Shown in pieces: positions 39,301 through 54,984 of a stretch of 64,000 nt of DNA (its first letter is position 1; each line of letters opens with the position of its first letter). Below the pieces are notes generated by a model, which worked only from the letters and a program-made list of their open reading frames with translations, searched no databases and was not told the origin of the DNA. This stretch comes from Cenococcum geophilum (lineage: Eukaryota): contig CP158636.1 in NCBI GenBank assembly GCA_050273025.1, positions 12,524,001-12,588,000 on the forward strand. The letters run 5' to 3'. The position numbers and the translations under genes are program-made.

Positions 39301-42300
39301 CTAGTAGTGTTATCTTCCAACTATAGTATACTACTAGGTACTATCCGTCTAAATACTTTTATATAAAGTATGCTCCTAGTATATAGTTTAATATATTTAT
39401 TTTTATAACCGTCTCTAGTTCTAGTTAATAGATCTTAAGAACTAGCTCCTAGGTAAATAACTCTTTAACTTTCTTAAAGAGTTCTTTTTACTCCTCTCCC
39501 TATACCTATAGTTCTTCTTTCTTTATTAACTGCGTAAATGGCTTAATATTCTTTAACTACTGCGCTATAAACCTTCTATAGTAATTGTAAAATCCTAGAA
39601 ATAATCTTAACTATATAACGTTCTTTAGTTCTTACTAATTTACTATAACCTTAATCTTCTTTAGATCTATACTGAGTTGGCCTAGTTTAATAATAAATTT
39701 AATAAAATCGGTCTTCCTAGTAAAGAATTTGTATTTTTTAATTACTACTAGCATCTATTCTTCTTATAGTCTCTTTAAAACCTATTTAATGTGTTCTCTG
39801 TACTCCTCCTTATTTATTAAGTAGATAATAATATTATTAAGGTATACTATAATAAATTTATCTAAGTATTCTCCTAATATATTGTTAATACGCTTCTAAA
39901 ACATTACTAGTGTGTTTATAAGCCCAAATTATATAACTAATAGTTTATATAGTCCTTCCTTTAACCTAAAGACTGCCTTTTATTTATTACCTTCCTTAAT
40001 CCTAATCTAATAGTACGCCTATCTTAGATCTATTTTTATAAAAATTTGCGCATTACCTATCCTATCTTAGATTTTATTAATTAAGGGTAAAGGATACCTA
40101 TCCTTCCTAGTAATGCTGTTTAACTATTTATAGTTAATATACAGCCTTAGTTTACTATTTTTCTTTAGTATAAACAGTACTGGATAACCTGCTAATAACT
40201 GCGATAGTCTAATATATCCCTTTTATAGATTTTCCTGGATAAACTCTTTTAATACTTTACCCTCTTCTTTAGTAAGCTTATAAATTAGAAAGAACTTTAG
40301 ACTTATTCCTGGTTCTAACTCTATCTTATAATCCTATACTATATACTTTAACAGCTTTTTACTTTTTAGTAACTATAGTTTCTTGCCGTACTTATAGTAT
40401 CTTTTTAGTATATAACTTAGTCCTTTTTCTATTTCTTTATAGGTTGCTCCTACTTAGTACTATACTAACTTAGCTTATTATTATATCTTATAGCATTAAG
40501 TATCTTTAATATTAACCTAACCTATAACCTAATTAATCTTTAGATTATATTTCTATAACTAAGGTATACTTAATACTGCCTTATCCTATCCTAATAGTAG
40601 GATATTAAAAGACATCTTAATTTATCTTCCTTTAATAGTTAACTAAATAGGTCCTATTTTAAGATTAATAATCCCTCCTTTATAGGTTATTAGATCTTCT
40701 AAAATTATAACTAATAGGTAAAGTTACTCCTTTTATCTATAAGGTAGTCCTATTTTCTTAACTACTGCTAGTAAGATATAGTTCCTTATTACTCTACTAT
40801 CTATTAATGCCTTAAACTATTAATCTTACTACTTAACTCGTAAATTTAGGTGTTGTCCTTAAATTCCTTTAAGGGTCTAAGGCTCTACTACTAGCTCCCT
40901 TTAGTTCTATAGGCCTCTACTTTTCCTAACTATTAGCTGCTTAATCTTAGTGTACTTAGCTCGCTCTTTAGCTAATACCTAGTTTACTTTTTATCTTTAA
41001 TATACTATAGACACGTATTTTCTAGGTATTTCTACCACTATTATCTATCTAAGTATTCTTCCGTAAGAAATCTTTCTAGTTAAAGTACTAAACTTCCTTC
41101 TTCTTAGACCTCTGCTGGATGCCATTTATATATATATTTAGCATTCTTATACTATTACTTGTCTATTATCCAGTATATCCTTATAGGGTATTTCTAATTT
41201 TTTTTCTTTAGATTCTTATATATTTTATATATATTGTCTATATATACAATCTATAATAACGTATAGTGTGCTAGGTGCTTTAGGTTAACTCTTAGCTTAT
41301 CTTTATCCCTAAGTTTAAACCTTTATTATACTAATCTAAACGTTATAACTTTATTTATAGGTACTAAAATGCGTCTTTTACTTCTTTAGTCCTCTAAACA
41401 TTCCTCTAAATCCTTTAATATTATAATTAAGGCTCCTTTAATATACGTTATGGCCTTCTTTATAATTAGGTGGTCTTAAATAACTTTTTTATCCAACTAT
41501 ATGTAGAAATCTTCCCACTTATTATTATGCCTTTGCCTATATTACTTTTAGTATAGCTATTAGAGTATATACAGTCTGTCCGTAAGGAAGTATCTTCTTA
41601 TTACTATATTATAACAGCCTTTAGTATATTATTCTTTAAACTTAGTTAGAATCTCTAGATCCTCTTCTTATTCCAATTTAATAAGCCACTTAGCTCTTAG
41701 TGTGCCTGCTCTTGGCCTATTAGTAATTCTTTATACTAGTACTCTATCCTTTATACGTCCTAATATACTAGATCTCTTATCTAGTTTCTATTCTTACTAT
41801 GCGATAATTCTTTATTTAAACTCTTTTATAGTTTTTTTTAGTTTGCGCCTTACGCTTTAATCCTTAAAGTTATTTTACTTCTTAATCCTAGTATTAAACT
41901 TTTAATCTTTAGGCTGAATACTATATTCCCCTAGTAAGTTTTCTAGGTTTATATATCTGTCTCCTAGTCTAACTACTATTTATATTATAGATTCTCTAAT
42001 CTATAAAGAAGCTCCTTACCTCTTACTTATAGGTGTTCTTATTTATACTCTAAAATCTTAGCCCCTTAAATTACTTAATCCTAAGCTTACTTCTAACTTA
42101 AGCTTGGCTCCCGCCTTAGTCTAACTAGGCATCTATAGTGTTCTTATCTTATCTTAAGAGTCTTAAATCTTACTTATTTTATTTTAAGAATCTTATACCG
42201 TAGGAAACTCTTATCCTAAGCTTATTTATATGTTTCTAAACTAAGCTACTGCCCTACTCTATTGGTTTTTGTCTATTATAGGTCCTTAGGTATACCTTAT

Positions 42301-44346
42301 CTTATTTTAAGAATCTTAGTCGTCTCTTATCTTATTATAAGAATCTTAAGCCTTTAGCCTTTTGCCTTTATTAAGTGCTAAAGTAGTTCGCTGTTTTACT
42401 TCTCTTATATTTTATAAAGTAATAGATATTATGTTTAGTAGGGTTTTAATCCCTATTAATGTTCCCTATTTTATAGTAGAATTATTTTCTACCTTTAGTA
42501 TAACATTTCTAAGGTTTACTTACTCCTAATAAGCGGCCCTTATTACCTTATTATTATAAAATATTTCGCCTATGTTAAATTTATTATCCTTAATATCCGA
42601 TTTACAAACTGGTTTATTAGTTCCTCTATATTCTATAGGTACTAGCTTTTATAGCTAATAGCTTACACTATACTTAGCATCCTTATAAATTTAGTATACG
42701 TTATTATAACAAAACGTAAAACTTTTAATTAAATATTCTTTTGTTCCTCGTAGTATATTATTATCCCTCTATACGTATATATCGTCTACTAGTCTTATGC
42801 CTTTTACTATATAGTAACTCTACCTACTTCTATAGTCTCTAACGTAATAACCCTATTTTCCGTAATTTATATAAGCTCCTTTTTTAAACTATTTCTCTTA
42901 CTATAGAGTCCGCCTAAATATCTTCTACTATTAAAATCCCTAATTCGGCCTCTGCTTTTTAGACCTTTAATTACTTAATCCTTATTCTTTAGGTTTCTAT
43001 AATTTGCTCTATCTTTTATAGGCTTCTTTAGTACTACTTAGGTCTATTAGCTCTGCGCCATACTATAGTTTTTAACTTAGCTTTAGTTATTGCGTACTTT
43101 ACGCCTTATATAACTATAGAACTCTATCTTAGCCTCTCTTAGCCTATTCCCTTTAGAAGATCCTATTATTAATCTTAATTACTTAATCTATTAATTCCCT
43201 TAGGGTGTCCGTATCTTCTATTAGAATAATTATATCTTAGACTTTAGCCTTAAGTCCCTATTTATACTATGCTATAAGCGCCCTATTATTTCACTTTACT
43301 TATATTACTAGTGTCTAGAATTATATTATATACTTAATTGCTAAAGTTCGTTATATAAGGTTCTAGAGTTTTCTTTCTACTATAGTTATTTCTTCTAGGT
43401 CTCTAAATATCTATATAAGTTATTCTACAAATTCTTCCTAACTTAAGAATATAAATTATACATCTTAATTAGTAGTTATTATTCTATTTGCCTATATCTC
43501 TATAAGGTAAAATTTAAACCACTTAAGTGCTTTCCCTAATAAGAATAGTCCTACGTAGGCTATCCGATCTATAAGTATAGATAACTTTACTCCCTCTTAT
43601 AAGACCTTAAAGTATATCTACATAAGAAATCCTTTAAGCTTTAACCTCTCTTCTATAAATCTCTTAATTAATAATAGCTTAATCTTCGCTGCTTCTATCC
43701 TATTAAGTCTTTCTTCTAATACTATATTATTAGCTATTAGCTAGTTAACTATTTCCTATAGTTATCTAACTATTATAGGTTGCTATAAGTTAGTATCTAC
43801 TATACTGGTATTACCTTCTATCCTTAAAGTAGTTGCTACTATTAATAGCGTCGTAGTAGCTGCTTTTGGTAGCATATTATTCAACTTCTTATATTAATAC
43901 TATAACTAGGTAGTAATTGTGTAACGGAACCTTATAGCAAGAACTATAATAGGCTCGTTATTAGGCTAGGTATATAGGAAATATAAATATAAAAGTTAAC
44001 AACGTAATAATAACTAGTGGAGTAGTTGCCTAATAGATTAACTCTAATTATATTTTAAGAATTACTATAAGGAAGGAACTATCTAGGTAGGAACTAAGGG
44101 TCCTTAAATACATAACCGTACTTCTATAAAATCCTTTTTGTACGTAATATACGTCTTATTTATATTAAATGTGACGTTCCTTTCGTTTAATATAGCTAAT
44201 ACGTTTAACCATTATATAACCTTAGTTACTATTCCTCGTCATATAGTTCTATCGGCTCTATCCTAGACCATGCCTAAATTAACTAACTAGCTTCTTCTAA
44301 CTCTTCTCTAAGTAGTTATAATATCATACTTAAAGCGTCCGTAACA
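36389..44346 (-). mobile_element. Gypsy/chromovirus B, full length, same family as A and C
   Basis: 427-bp LTRs at 36389-36815 and 43920-44346, TSD TTTAT. The interior is a reverse-complement match to C. Confidence 0.97.
36924..37578 (+). pseudogene. Antisense spliced Zn(II)2Cys6-like/helical accessory gene, copy in B (~199 aa before RIP)
   Basis: Exons 36924-37155 and 37211-37578 total 600 nt. The 55-nt intron has a CTAAT branch site and a TTTATCTTAG acceptor. Cys2 survives as TGT; the other Cys positions are TAC/TAT. Confidence 0.72.
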
Positions 44347-47026
44347 TTTATTTTACGCCCTTTATATTATAGTAGCTTTAATATATAATTATAGGGGGGA
44401 ATATTAGCTTCCTTTTTAAGCAGTGCTATAGCCGTTCGCTTATATCCGCCTATTATACTCTAAAGGTAGGCTATTTAGACCTTTTAGAGTAGTTTAAAGA
44501 GTAATTTAGGGGGGCCTTTCTTAGATTCTCTAATGGCCTAAATACTAGACCTATACATTATGGTTGGCTGGATAACTGCTATATATAGTAGGCGTAACCT
44601 TTAGAAGTATGGACCCTATATAAAATTAACAATCCTAAATAATATAATATACTATACTTAGCCCTTATAGGCCGCTTATATTGTATATACGCTCTACCAG
44701 AGCTTACTATCTATTTATACTTCTAATACCCTTAGGCCCTAAACTAGTTAACCCCTAAAGCCTTAAATGCGAATTATATACTAAAGATCTGTAGATTAGT
44801 TGCGTTTTTTTATAAAGTAGGTTAGCTGGTATTTCTCTGGTAAGAATTAGACTCTATATTATCTTACCTATTCTATATAGGTATTATAAGCTTTCTCTAG
44901 TATTCTATAATTCTCTACGGCTATTAGCCCGTATATAATTAGGTTTATATTACTAATAAAGCCTATCTCCTAGGTTGCCCCTTCCTTAAAGAAGTTAAGC
45001 AGGTTACTTATAAAGAAAAGGAAGAATATAGGTAAGAGGGGTAATTCTTATAGTATTCCTATTATAACTATAATAGGGGGGCTCTAGTATTTATTAAAGA
45101 CTAATAATATTTCTTTTTAACCTATAAACCCTTAAATAAATTATATAATCTATTCTAGGAAGCTTTTTGCCCTAAAAATATATAGGAGACGCTTATAGGG
45201 TATATTATTGTAGGCGCCGCTAATATCTAAGCTGAGTATTAATACTATAAAGTCCCTTTACATCGCCTATATGGATTTAATAGTGGCAGCGAGTAGCGTA
45301 AGTGCTAATAGTATTAAGCGGTTCTTTCTTGCCCCTATTTAGCTTTATAGTAGTAGGTTATATTTCTTAGCTATATCTGCTATATAGTCCGCTATTACCT
45401 TTTCTAAAATCTTACTAAGGGTGTTTTTTAAGGCAATAGGGCGGTAGCTTTGTAGGATTAAGTAATCTACTTTACCTTCTTTCCGTAGAATAACCGTTGT
45501 TATAGATCTTCTAAGTTATAGGTAGTAGCCTACGGTAAAGTATGCCCTAGCTATATCTATAAGCTAGGGTACTATAAGTAGTCTATAGGTTTTTAAGGCC
45601 TTATTTAGAATCCTATCTAGTCCTAGTACTATATTATTTAAAAGGCGGCTAATAGTTCTGGCTATTTCCTCTATTATTATATTGCTGTTAACCCTTAGGC
45701 GAGTTACTAGTGTTTTACCTATAATATTACTAAGGTCTGCTAGAGCTAGTTAGGGGAAGAACCTTTCTATAAGAATCTTTACCTTTTTATTGTTATTATT
45801 AGTAGCCTATAATTCCCCTGCTTTTTATAGGGGTAGTAAATATAGGTCTTCTACTAGGCGCCCTACCTTTTTCTTTACCTATTTTGCTATAGCCTAAAGG
45901 CCCTTATTATAGGGGAGGCTTAGGTTAGAAGTATGCTTATTTATAAACCGTCTCTAGTTATTCCTTACTTTTTTCTTTAGGGTATTCTTTAACTGGTTTC
46001 TTATGTTTTTATATTATCTTTTATCTTTAGGGTTATAGCTACTTATATATTTCCTTCTTACTTATTATTAGCTGGTAATAAGAACTGCGTATTATACGGA
46101 CTATACGTATTATGTATAGGGGCCCGGTTTTAAGACTAGGCAGTGCTCTTCTAGCCCGTTTTTAATTACTACCTAAATTCTTTTTAGTCTTTAGTTAATT
46201 TCCTTAGGGGTAGCTAATAAGCCTCGCTTATTTAAAATTAGGTAGATTTCTTCTAGGTCTTAAAGTTATTATTTAACTATATTAAGGAAACAGTTTATCT
46301 TAAGCTTCCTTATTACATATCTTTTACTACTTAGTTACGCCTTAATATCTAAATTTAGCTATATTTGGATGGGGATATAGTCTAAGGCGAGTGCCTATTT
46401 TTCTTTAGGGTTATACCTTTTAAGTCTCTAGTATAGGCCTTTATCTATAAATATAAGATTAATTATACTTTTAAAGGTTCCTTATTACTATATAGTTACT
46501 CTTAAGGGAGTAGCCAATTTAAGGCCCTAGGTATCTATAGCCCTTAGTAGGCACTTTATTTATTAATTAGCAGTAATATAAATACCCCCCTACTATAGGT
46601 GGTAGAGGTTTATGTCTTCTAGTAGGATAAACTTTATACCTTTAGTTTTTAGTAAGCTTATTACTAATATAATGTTCTCTATTTATGGGACCCCTTTAAC
46701 TTTAGGGTTATATATATTAATAATTTATACTAGTCCCCTATATATCTAAATTATTATAACTATAATATCTAGGTTAACTACCTACTATAACTATAAAAAT
46801 AGGCTAATAGCCTTACTAATTATAAAGCACACGTATATAGCTGCTTTTGGTTTATATAGGAGCTAGAATCCTTAGGGGCAGTATATTGATTATATATAGG
46901 TATTATAGTATAGCTCTTATATAGTAAGGATATAGTATTTCTCTAGGTCTAGACTATTTAGTAAAGGCCTTACAAGATAGTAGTTTATATTACCGCAGTT
47001 ATACTATATAATAGATAGGTAGCGAA

Positions 47027-50000
47027 TATTACGGACGCTTTAAGTACGATATTATAACTACTTGGAGAAGAGTCGGAAGAAGCTAGTTAGTTAATTTAGG
47101 CACGGTCTAGGATGGAGCCGATAAAACTATATAACGAGGAATAGTAACCGAGGTTATATAATGGTTAAACGTATTAGCTGCGTTAAATAAAAGGAACGTT
47201 ACGTTTAATATAGATAAGATATATATTATATACAAGAAGGATTTTATAGGAGTACGGTTGTGTATTTAAGGACCCTTAGTCCCTACCTAGATAGTTCCTT
47301 CCTTATAGTAATTCTTAGAATACAATTAGAGTTAATTTATTAGGTAACTACTCCACTAGTTATTATTACGTTGTTAACTTTTATACTTATATTTCCTATA
47401 TACCTAGCCTAATAACGAGCCTATTATAGTTCTTGCTATAAGGTTCCGTTATATAATTACTACCTAGTTACGGTATTAATATAAGAAGTTAAATAATATG
47501 CTACTAAAAGCAGCCACTATAACGCTATTAACGGCAGCAACTACTTTAAGGACAGGAGGTAATACTAATATAGCAGATACTAACTTATAGCAACCTATAA
47601 CGGTTAGATAACTATAAGAAATAGTTAACTAGCTAATAGCTAATAATATAATATTAGAAGAAAGACTTAATAGGATAAAAATAGCGAAGATTAAGCTACT
47701 ATTAATTAAGAGATTTATAGGAAAAAGGTTAAAGCTTAAAGGATTTCTTATATAGATGCACTTTAAGGTCTTATAAGAGGGAGTAAAGTTATCTATACCT
47801 ATAGATTGGATAGCCTATATAGGACTATTCTTATTAGAAAAAGCACTTAAGTAGTTTAAACCTTACCTTACGGAGATATAGGTAAATAGAATAACGACTA
47901 CTAACTAAGACGTGTAATTTATATTCTTAAGTTAGGAAGGATTTATAGAATAACTTACGCAGATATTTAGAGACCTAGAAGAAACAACTATAGCGGAAAG
48001 AAAACTTCAAAACCTTATATAATAAACTTTAGTAATTAAGTATACAATATAGTTCTAGATACTAGTAATATAAATAAAGTAGAATAATAGGGCGCTTATA
48101 GTATAGTATAAATAGGGACTTAAAGCTAAAGTCTAGGATATAATTATTTTAATAGAAGATGCGGACACCCTAAGGGAATTAATAGATTAAGCGATTAAGA
48201 TTAATAATAGGATCTTCTAAAGGGAATAGGCTAAGAGAGGCTAGAATAGAGTTCTATAGTTATATAAGGCATAGAGTATATAACAACTAAAGCTAAGTTA
48301 GAAACTATAGTATAGCGTAGAGCTAATAGACCTAAGTGGTACTAAAGAAGCCTATAAGAGATAGAGCAAACTATAGAAACTTAGAGGATAAGGATTAAAT
48401 AATTAAAGGTCTAAGGAGTAAAGGCCAAATTAGGGATCTTAATAGCAGAAGATATTTAAGTAAACTCTATAGTAAGAGAAATAGTTTAAAAAAGGAGCTT
48501 GCATAAATTACGGAAAATAGGGTTATTACGTTAGAGACTATAAAAGTAGGTAGAGTTACTACGTAGTAAAAGGTATAAGACTAGTAGACAATATATACGT
48601 ATAGAGGGACGATAATATACTGCAAGGAATAAAAGAATGTTTAATTAAAAGTTTTACGTTTTATTATAATAACACATACCAAATTTATAAGGACGCTAAG
48701 TATGGCGTAAGCTATTAGCTATAAAAGCTAGCACCTATAGAATATAGAGGAACTAATAAACTAGTTCGCAGATTAGATATTAAGGACAATAAATTTAATA
48801 TAGGCGAAATATTTTATAATAATAAGGTAATAAGGGCCGCTTACTAGAAGTAAGCAGACCTCGGAAATGTTATACTAGAAGTAGAGGATAATTCTACTAT
48901 AGAATAAGGAATATTAGTAGGGATTAAAACCCCACTAAATACAATGTCTATTGCTTTATAAGACGTAAGAGAAATAAAACAGCGAACTACTTTAGCACTT
49001 AATAAAGGCAAAAGGCCAAAGGCTTAAGATTCTTACGATAAGATAAGAGACGACTAAGATTCTTAAGATAAGATAAGGTATACCTAAGGACCTATAATAA
49101 ACGAAAACTAATAGAGTAGGGTAGTAGCTTAGTTTAGAAATATACAAATAAGCTTAGAATAAAAGTTTTTTACGGTATAAGATTCTTAAGATAAGATAAG
49201 TGAGATTTAAGACTCTTAAGATAAGATAAGAATATTACGGACGCCTAATTAGACTAAGGTAGGAGCTAAGCTTAAGTTAAAAGCAAGCTTAGGATTAAGT
49301 AATCTAAGGGGCTAAGATTTTAGAGTATAAATAAGGACACCTATAGGTAAGAGGTAAGAAGCTTCTTTATAGATTAGAGAATCTATAATATAAATAGTAG
49401 TTAGACTAGGAGATAAATATATAGACCTAGAAGACTTACTAGGGGAACGCAGTGTTTAGCCTAAAGATTAAAAGTTTAATACTAGGATTAAAAAGTAAAA
49501 TAACTTTAAGGATTAGAGCATAAGGCGTAAACTAAAAGAAACTATAGAAGAGTTTAGATAAAGAATTATTGCATAATAAGAATAGAAACTAGATAAAAGA
49601 TCTAGTATATTAGGATATATAAAGGACAGAGCACTAGTATAAAGAATTATTAATAGGCTAAGAGCAGGTATACTAAGAGCTAAGTAGCTTACTAAATTGG
49701 AATAAGAAAAGGATTTAGGGATTTTAACTAGGTTTAAAGAACGATATACTAAAGGCTGTTATAATATAGTAATAAAAAGATACTTCCTTATAGACAGACC
49801 GTATATACTCTAGTAGCTATACTAAAAGTAGTATAGGTAAAGGCACAATAATAAGTGGGAAGATTTCTATATATAGTTGGATGAAAAAGTTATCTAAGAC
49901 CACCTAATTATAGAGAAGGCCATAACGCATATTAAAGGAGCCTTAATTATAACGTTAAAGGATTTAGAGGAACGTTTAGAGGACTAGAGAAGTAAGAGAC

Positions 50001-53000
50001 GCATCTTAGTACCTATAAATAAAGTCGCAATATTTAGATTAGTATGATAAAGGTTTAAACTTAGGGATAAAGACGAGTTAAGAGTTAACCTAAAGCACCT
50101 AGTATACTATACGTTATTATAGATTGCATGCGTGGATAATATATACGAAATATATAAGAATCTAAAAGAAAAGAATCGGAAATACCCTATAAGGATATAC
50201 TAAATAATAGATAAGTAATAGTATAGGAATGCTAAATATATGCATAGATGGCATCCAGCAGAGGTTTAAGAGGAAGGAAGTTTAGTACTTTAACTAGGAA
50301 AATTCCTTACGGAAGAATGCTTAGATGGATAACAGTAGTGGGAATGCCTAGAAAATATGTGTTTATAGTATATTAAAGATAAAAAGCGAATTAGGCATTA
50401 GCTAAAGAGCGAGCCAAGTATACTAGGATTAAGTAGCTAATAGTTAGGAAAAGTAGAGGCCTATAGGACTAGAGGGAGCCAGTAGTAGAGCCTTAGACCT
50501 TTAAAGGAATTTAAGAATAATACCTAAATTTACAAGTTAAGTGGCAAGATTAATAGTTTAAGGCATTAATAGATAGTAGAGTAATAAGGAACTATATTTT
50601 ACTAATAGCAGTTAAGAAAATAGGGTTACTATATAGATAGAAGGAATATCCTTACCTATTAGTGATAATTTTAGGAGATCTAATAGCCTATAGAGGAGGT
50701 ATTATTAATCTTAAAACAGGACCTATTTAGTTAACTATTAAAGGAAGATAAATTAAGATATCTTTTAATATCCTACTATTAGGACGGGACGAGGTAGTAT
50801 TAGGTATGCCTTAGTTATAGGAATATAATCTAAAGATTAATTAGGTTATAGGTTAGGTTAATATTAGAAATACTTAATGCTGTAAAATATAATAATAAGC
50901 TAAGTTGGTATAGTACTAAGTAGAAGCAACCTATAAAGAAATAGAAAAAGAATTAAGTTATATACTAAAGAGATACTATAAGTACGGTAAGAAACTATAG
51001 TTACTAAAAAGTAAAAAGCTATTAGAGTATATAGTATAGGACTATAAGATAGAGTTAGAACTAGGAATAAGTCTAAGGTTCTTTCTAATCTATAAGCTTA
51101 CTAAAGAAGAGGGTAGAGTATTAAAAGAGTTTATCTAGGAAAATCTATAAAAGGGATATATTAGACCATCGTAGTTATTAGCGGGTTATCCAGTACTATT
51201 TATACTAAAGAAAAATGGTAAACTAAGGCTGTGTATTAACTATAAATAGTTAAATAGTATTACTAGGAAGGATAGGTATCCTTTATCCTTAATTAGCGAA
51301 ATTTAAGACAGGATAGGTAATATATAAATCTTTATAAAGATAAATCTAAGATAGGCGTACTATTAGATTAGGATTAAGGAAGGCAATAAATAAAAGGCAG
51401 CCTTTAGGTTAAAGGAAGGACTATATAAACTATTAGTTATATAATTTAAGCTTATAAACGCACTAGTAATATTCTAAAAGCGTATTAACAATATATTAGG
51501 AGAATACTTAGATAAATTTATTATAGTATACCTTAATAATAATATTATTTACTTAATAAATAAGGAGGAGCACGGAGAATATGTTAAATGGGTTTTAAAG
51601 AGACTATAAGAAGAACAAATGCTAGTAGTAATTAAGAAATGCGAATTCTTTACCAGGAAAACCGATTTTGTTAAATTTATTATTAAACTAGGCTAACTTA
51701 GTATAGATTTAAAGAAGATTGAGGCTATAGTAAATTAGTAAGAACTAAAGAACGTTATATAGTTAAGATTATTCTTAGGATTTTATAATTACTATAGAAG
51801 GTTTATAGCGCAGTAGTTAAAGAATATTAAGCTATTTACGCGGTTAATAAAAAAAGAAGAACTATAGGTATAGGGAGAGGAGTAAAGAGAACTCTTTAAG
51901 AAAGTTAAAGAGTTATTTACCTAGGAGCCAGTTCTTAAGATCTATTAACTAGGACTAGAGACGGTTATAGAGATAGATATATTAGACTATATACTAGGGG
52001 CGTACTTTATATAAAGATATTAAGATAGATGGCACCTAGTGGTATACTATAGTTAGAAGATAACACCACTAGAGTTAAACTATAACATCTATAATAAGGA
52101 GTTATTAGGTATAGTTACAGCATTAAAAAAATAGAGAGCATTTTTATAAGGTATAGAGAAACTATTTATAGTTAAGACGGATTATAAGAACCTAATAGGA
52201 TTCCTAATAATAAAGGAACTTAACTAAAGATAGGTTAGATAGGCAGAGATACTTATAGAATACTATTTTAAGATTTAGTATATTAAAGGTATAGATAATA
52301 CGTAGGTAAATGCTTTAAGCTGTAAAGCTAAACTATAAAATAAGGAGAAGCTATTAGGGGCTTTATTATAAAAAGATATAGACGGATTAATTAGGTATAA
52401 TTATCTAAAAATTATAGTAACTTAAGAAGATAATAAACTAGAAAAAGTCTATGAGATACTAGAAAGCTTTTAGGTATAAAGAATTCTAGAAGTATAGCTA
52501 GAAGATCTATAGACGAATATATACAAAAATTGAGAAGTGAAGTATATCCTAAGAAGTATAGTAGAGTAGTTTATAAAAGACTTTTATAAGGGACTAACTT
52601 AAGGATATAATAGAGCTACGGGCTTAGTGTTAAGACTTTAAGAGGAGTATATTATTAACAGAATCTAGAGAATAGCTAGAAGGGTTACTAAAGAGTGTCT
52701 AAATTACTAAAGGAATAAACTAATAAGGTATAAGTTATATAGAGGGCTATAACCTATTAAAATACTAGAGAGACTATGGGAGGTTATATTATAGGACTTT
52801 ATTATTAAGTTACTAAAATTAAAAGATCCTATTACTAGATAAGATTATAATGTAATCTTAGTAATAGTAGATAAGCTTATAAAGTGGGGATACTTTATAG
52901 CATATACGGAAGAAATCTTAGCGGAAGATATCGCTAAAATCTATATTAAAGAAGTGTTTATAAGATATAGAGCACTAAGCAAGATTATATTAGATAGAGA

Positions 53001-54984
53001 TTTAAGATTTATAGTAGTATTTTAGGAAGTATTCTTAGTAGAGTAAGAAGTTTAAGTAGTAACTTCTACCGTATATTATTTATAGACAGATGGTTAAATA
53101 GAAAGATTAAATTAGATACTAGAATAGTATTTAAGGCATTATATTAATTATATATAGAATAATTGGGTATCGCTATTACTAATTATATAGTTTATATATA
53201 ATATAATACCTTAAGAAGGAATAGGTATATTACTATTTAAGGCAAATTACGGATATGAGCTAAGAATATCGTTATTACTATGGTAAGTGAAGAAAATAAG
53301 TAGTATAGCTAAAAAGAGAATAAAGAATTTAATAAATCTTTATATAGACCTTATAAAATTAGTAAAGAAAGTATAAAAGAGAATAAAAAAGTACTATAAT
53401 GCTAAGAGATCTAAGGGACTAGATCTTAAGGAGGGAGATAAAGTATGGCTACTATATAAAAATTTTAAGAGTTAATGATTAAGTAAAAAGTTAGACTATG
53501 TTAAATTAGGACCTTTTAAAATTATATAGAGGATTTTATTAGTTATATTTAAGTTAAACCTACTAGCTAAAATAAAGATCTACCCTATATAGCATATTAT
53601 AATGCTAGAGCTAGTATATAGGAATATTAAGCTACTAGTCTATAAAGTAGACACGTATAGAGGATAAGAAGAAGATAAATAGTAAGTTTTGAAGATTGTT
53701 AATTATAAGGATATTGACGACGAAATATAGTACGAAGTAAAGTGGATAGGCTATACTAAGACTACCTAGGAACTACTAAAGAATTTAAAGAACGCTATAG
53801 GAAAGGTATAGGAGTATTAAAAGAGATTAGGTTAGGTAGTATTAATAAAAAAGGATTGCTAAAGAATAAGTTACCTAAAGGGGACCTAAGAAGAGTAGTT
53901 GCCGAACTACTTAGATCTATTTCCTTCTCTATTAAAAGAGAATCCGTTTTTTTATTACTTAGTTTCTATAAACCTTATTAAATAAGCTTCTACTCCTTTA
54001 AACAAACCTTCTTACGGATATATTTTAAACGCTAAAGACGAATATAAGCTAAACGTTAAGCTTTAAGGATACGTGTAGACTCTTCTAAGGCACGTTAAAC
54101 CTTAAGCAGCGTAGAGGCTAGTTTACCGTTAAGTTTCGCAGTAGTAGATTAAACACAAAACCCTAAGATAAATTAATTAGGGAACTAGACGACTATTAAG
54201 AGTAATAGGTCGCGTATATTTAGTATTAAATGTAGAATAAACGTTATATAATAAACGTATATTAGCGTAAGTGTATTTAAAATAAGAGGAGGGTTAGTAA
54301 CTAAAAGGACTTATAATTATAACGTAACTTAACCCCTCTTTTATATAATAAGAGTAAGGTATTACTATTACTTTACCTAGCGATAGTATTAAGGAGACTG
54401 TATAAAGGCGACGCTTAACCTAAGAGAGAGAAGAAATTGCTTTAGGTATAATAAGCAATAATATTAACTAAATTAATTAGACGGATATTATACCTCTAGT
54501 AAATAACTTAAAGGTGTTTAGAATTTTTAAGGACGAAGATAAAAAGGAGGGAGATAGTATTACGGACGCTTTAAGTACGATATTACAACTACTTAGAGAA
54601 GAGTTAGAAGAAGCTAGTTGGTTAATTTAGGTATAGTTTAGAATAGAGCCAATAGAACTATATAACGAGGAATGGTAACCAAGGTTATATAATAGTTAAA
54701 TATATTAGCTGCGTTAAACGAAAGGAACGTCACGTTTAATATAGATAAGACGTATATTATGTATAAGAAGGATTTTATAGGAATACGGTTATGTATTTAA
54801 GGACCCTTAGTCCCTACCTAGATAGTTTTTTTCTTATAGTAATTCTTAGAATATAATTAGAGTTAATTTATTGGGCAACCACTCTACCAGTTGTTATTAC
54901 GTTGTTAACTTTTATACTTGCATTTCCTACACACCTAGCCCAATAACGAGCCTATCGTAGTTCTTGCTATAAGGTTCCGTTACA
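47027..54984 (+). mobile_element. Gypsy/chromovirus C, full length
   Basis: 427-bp LTRs at 47027-47453 and 54558-54984, TSD GCGAA/GCGGA (the empty site in LINE1 reads GCGGA). Gag ATG 47498; chromodomain ~53675-53820. Confidence 0.97.
53795..54449 (-). pseudogene. Antisense spliced Zn(II)2Cys6-like/helical accessory gene, copy in C
   Basis: Same 655-bp span and architecture as the copy in B. Confidence 0.7.
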
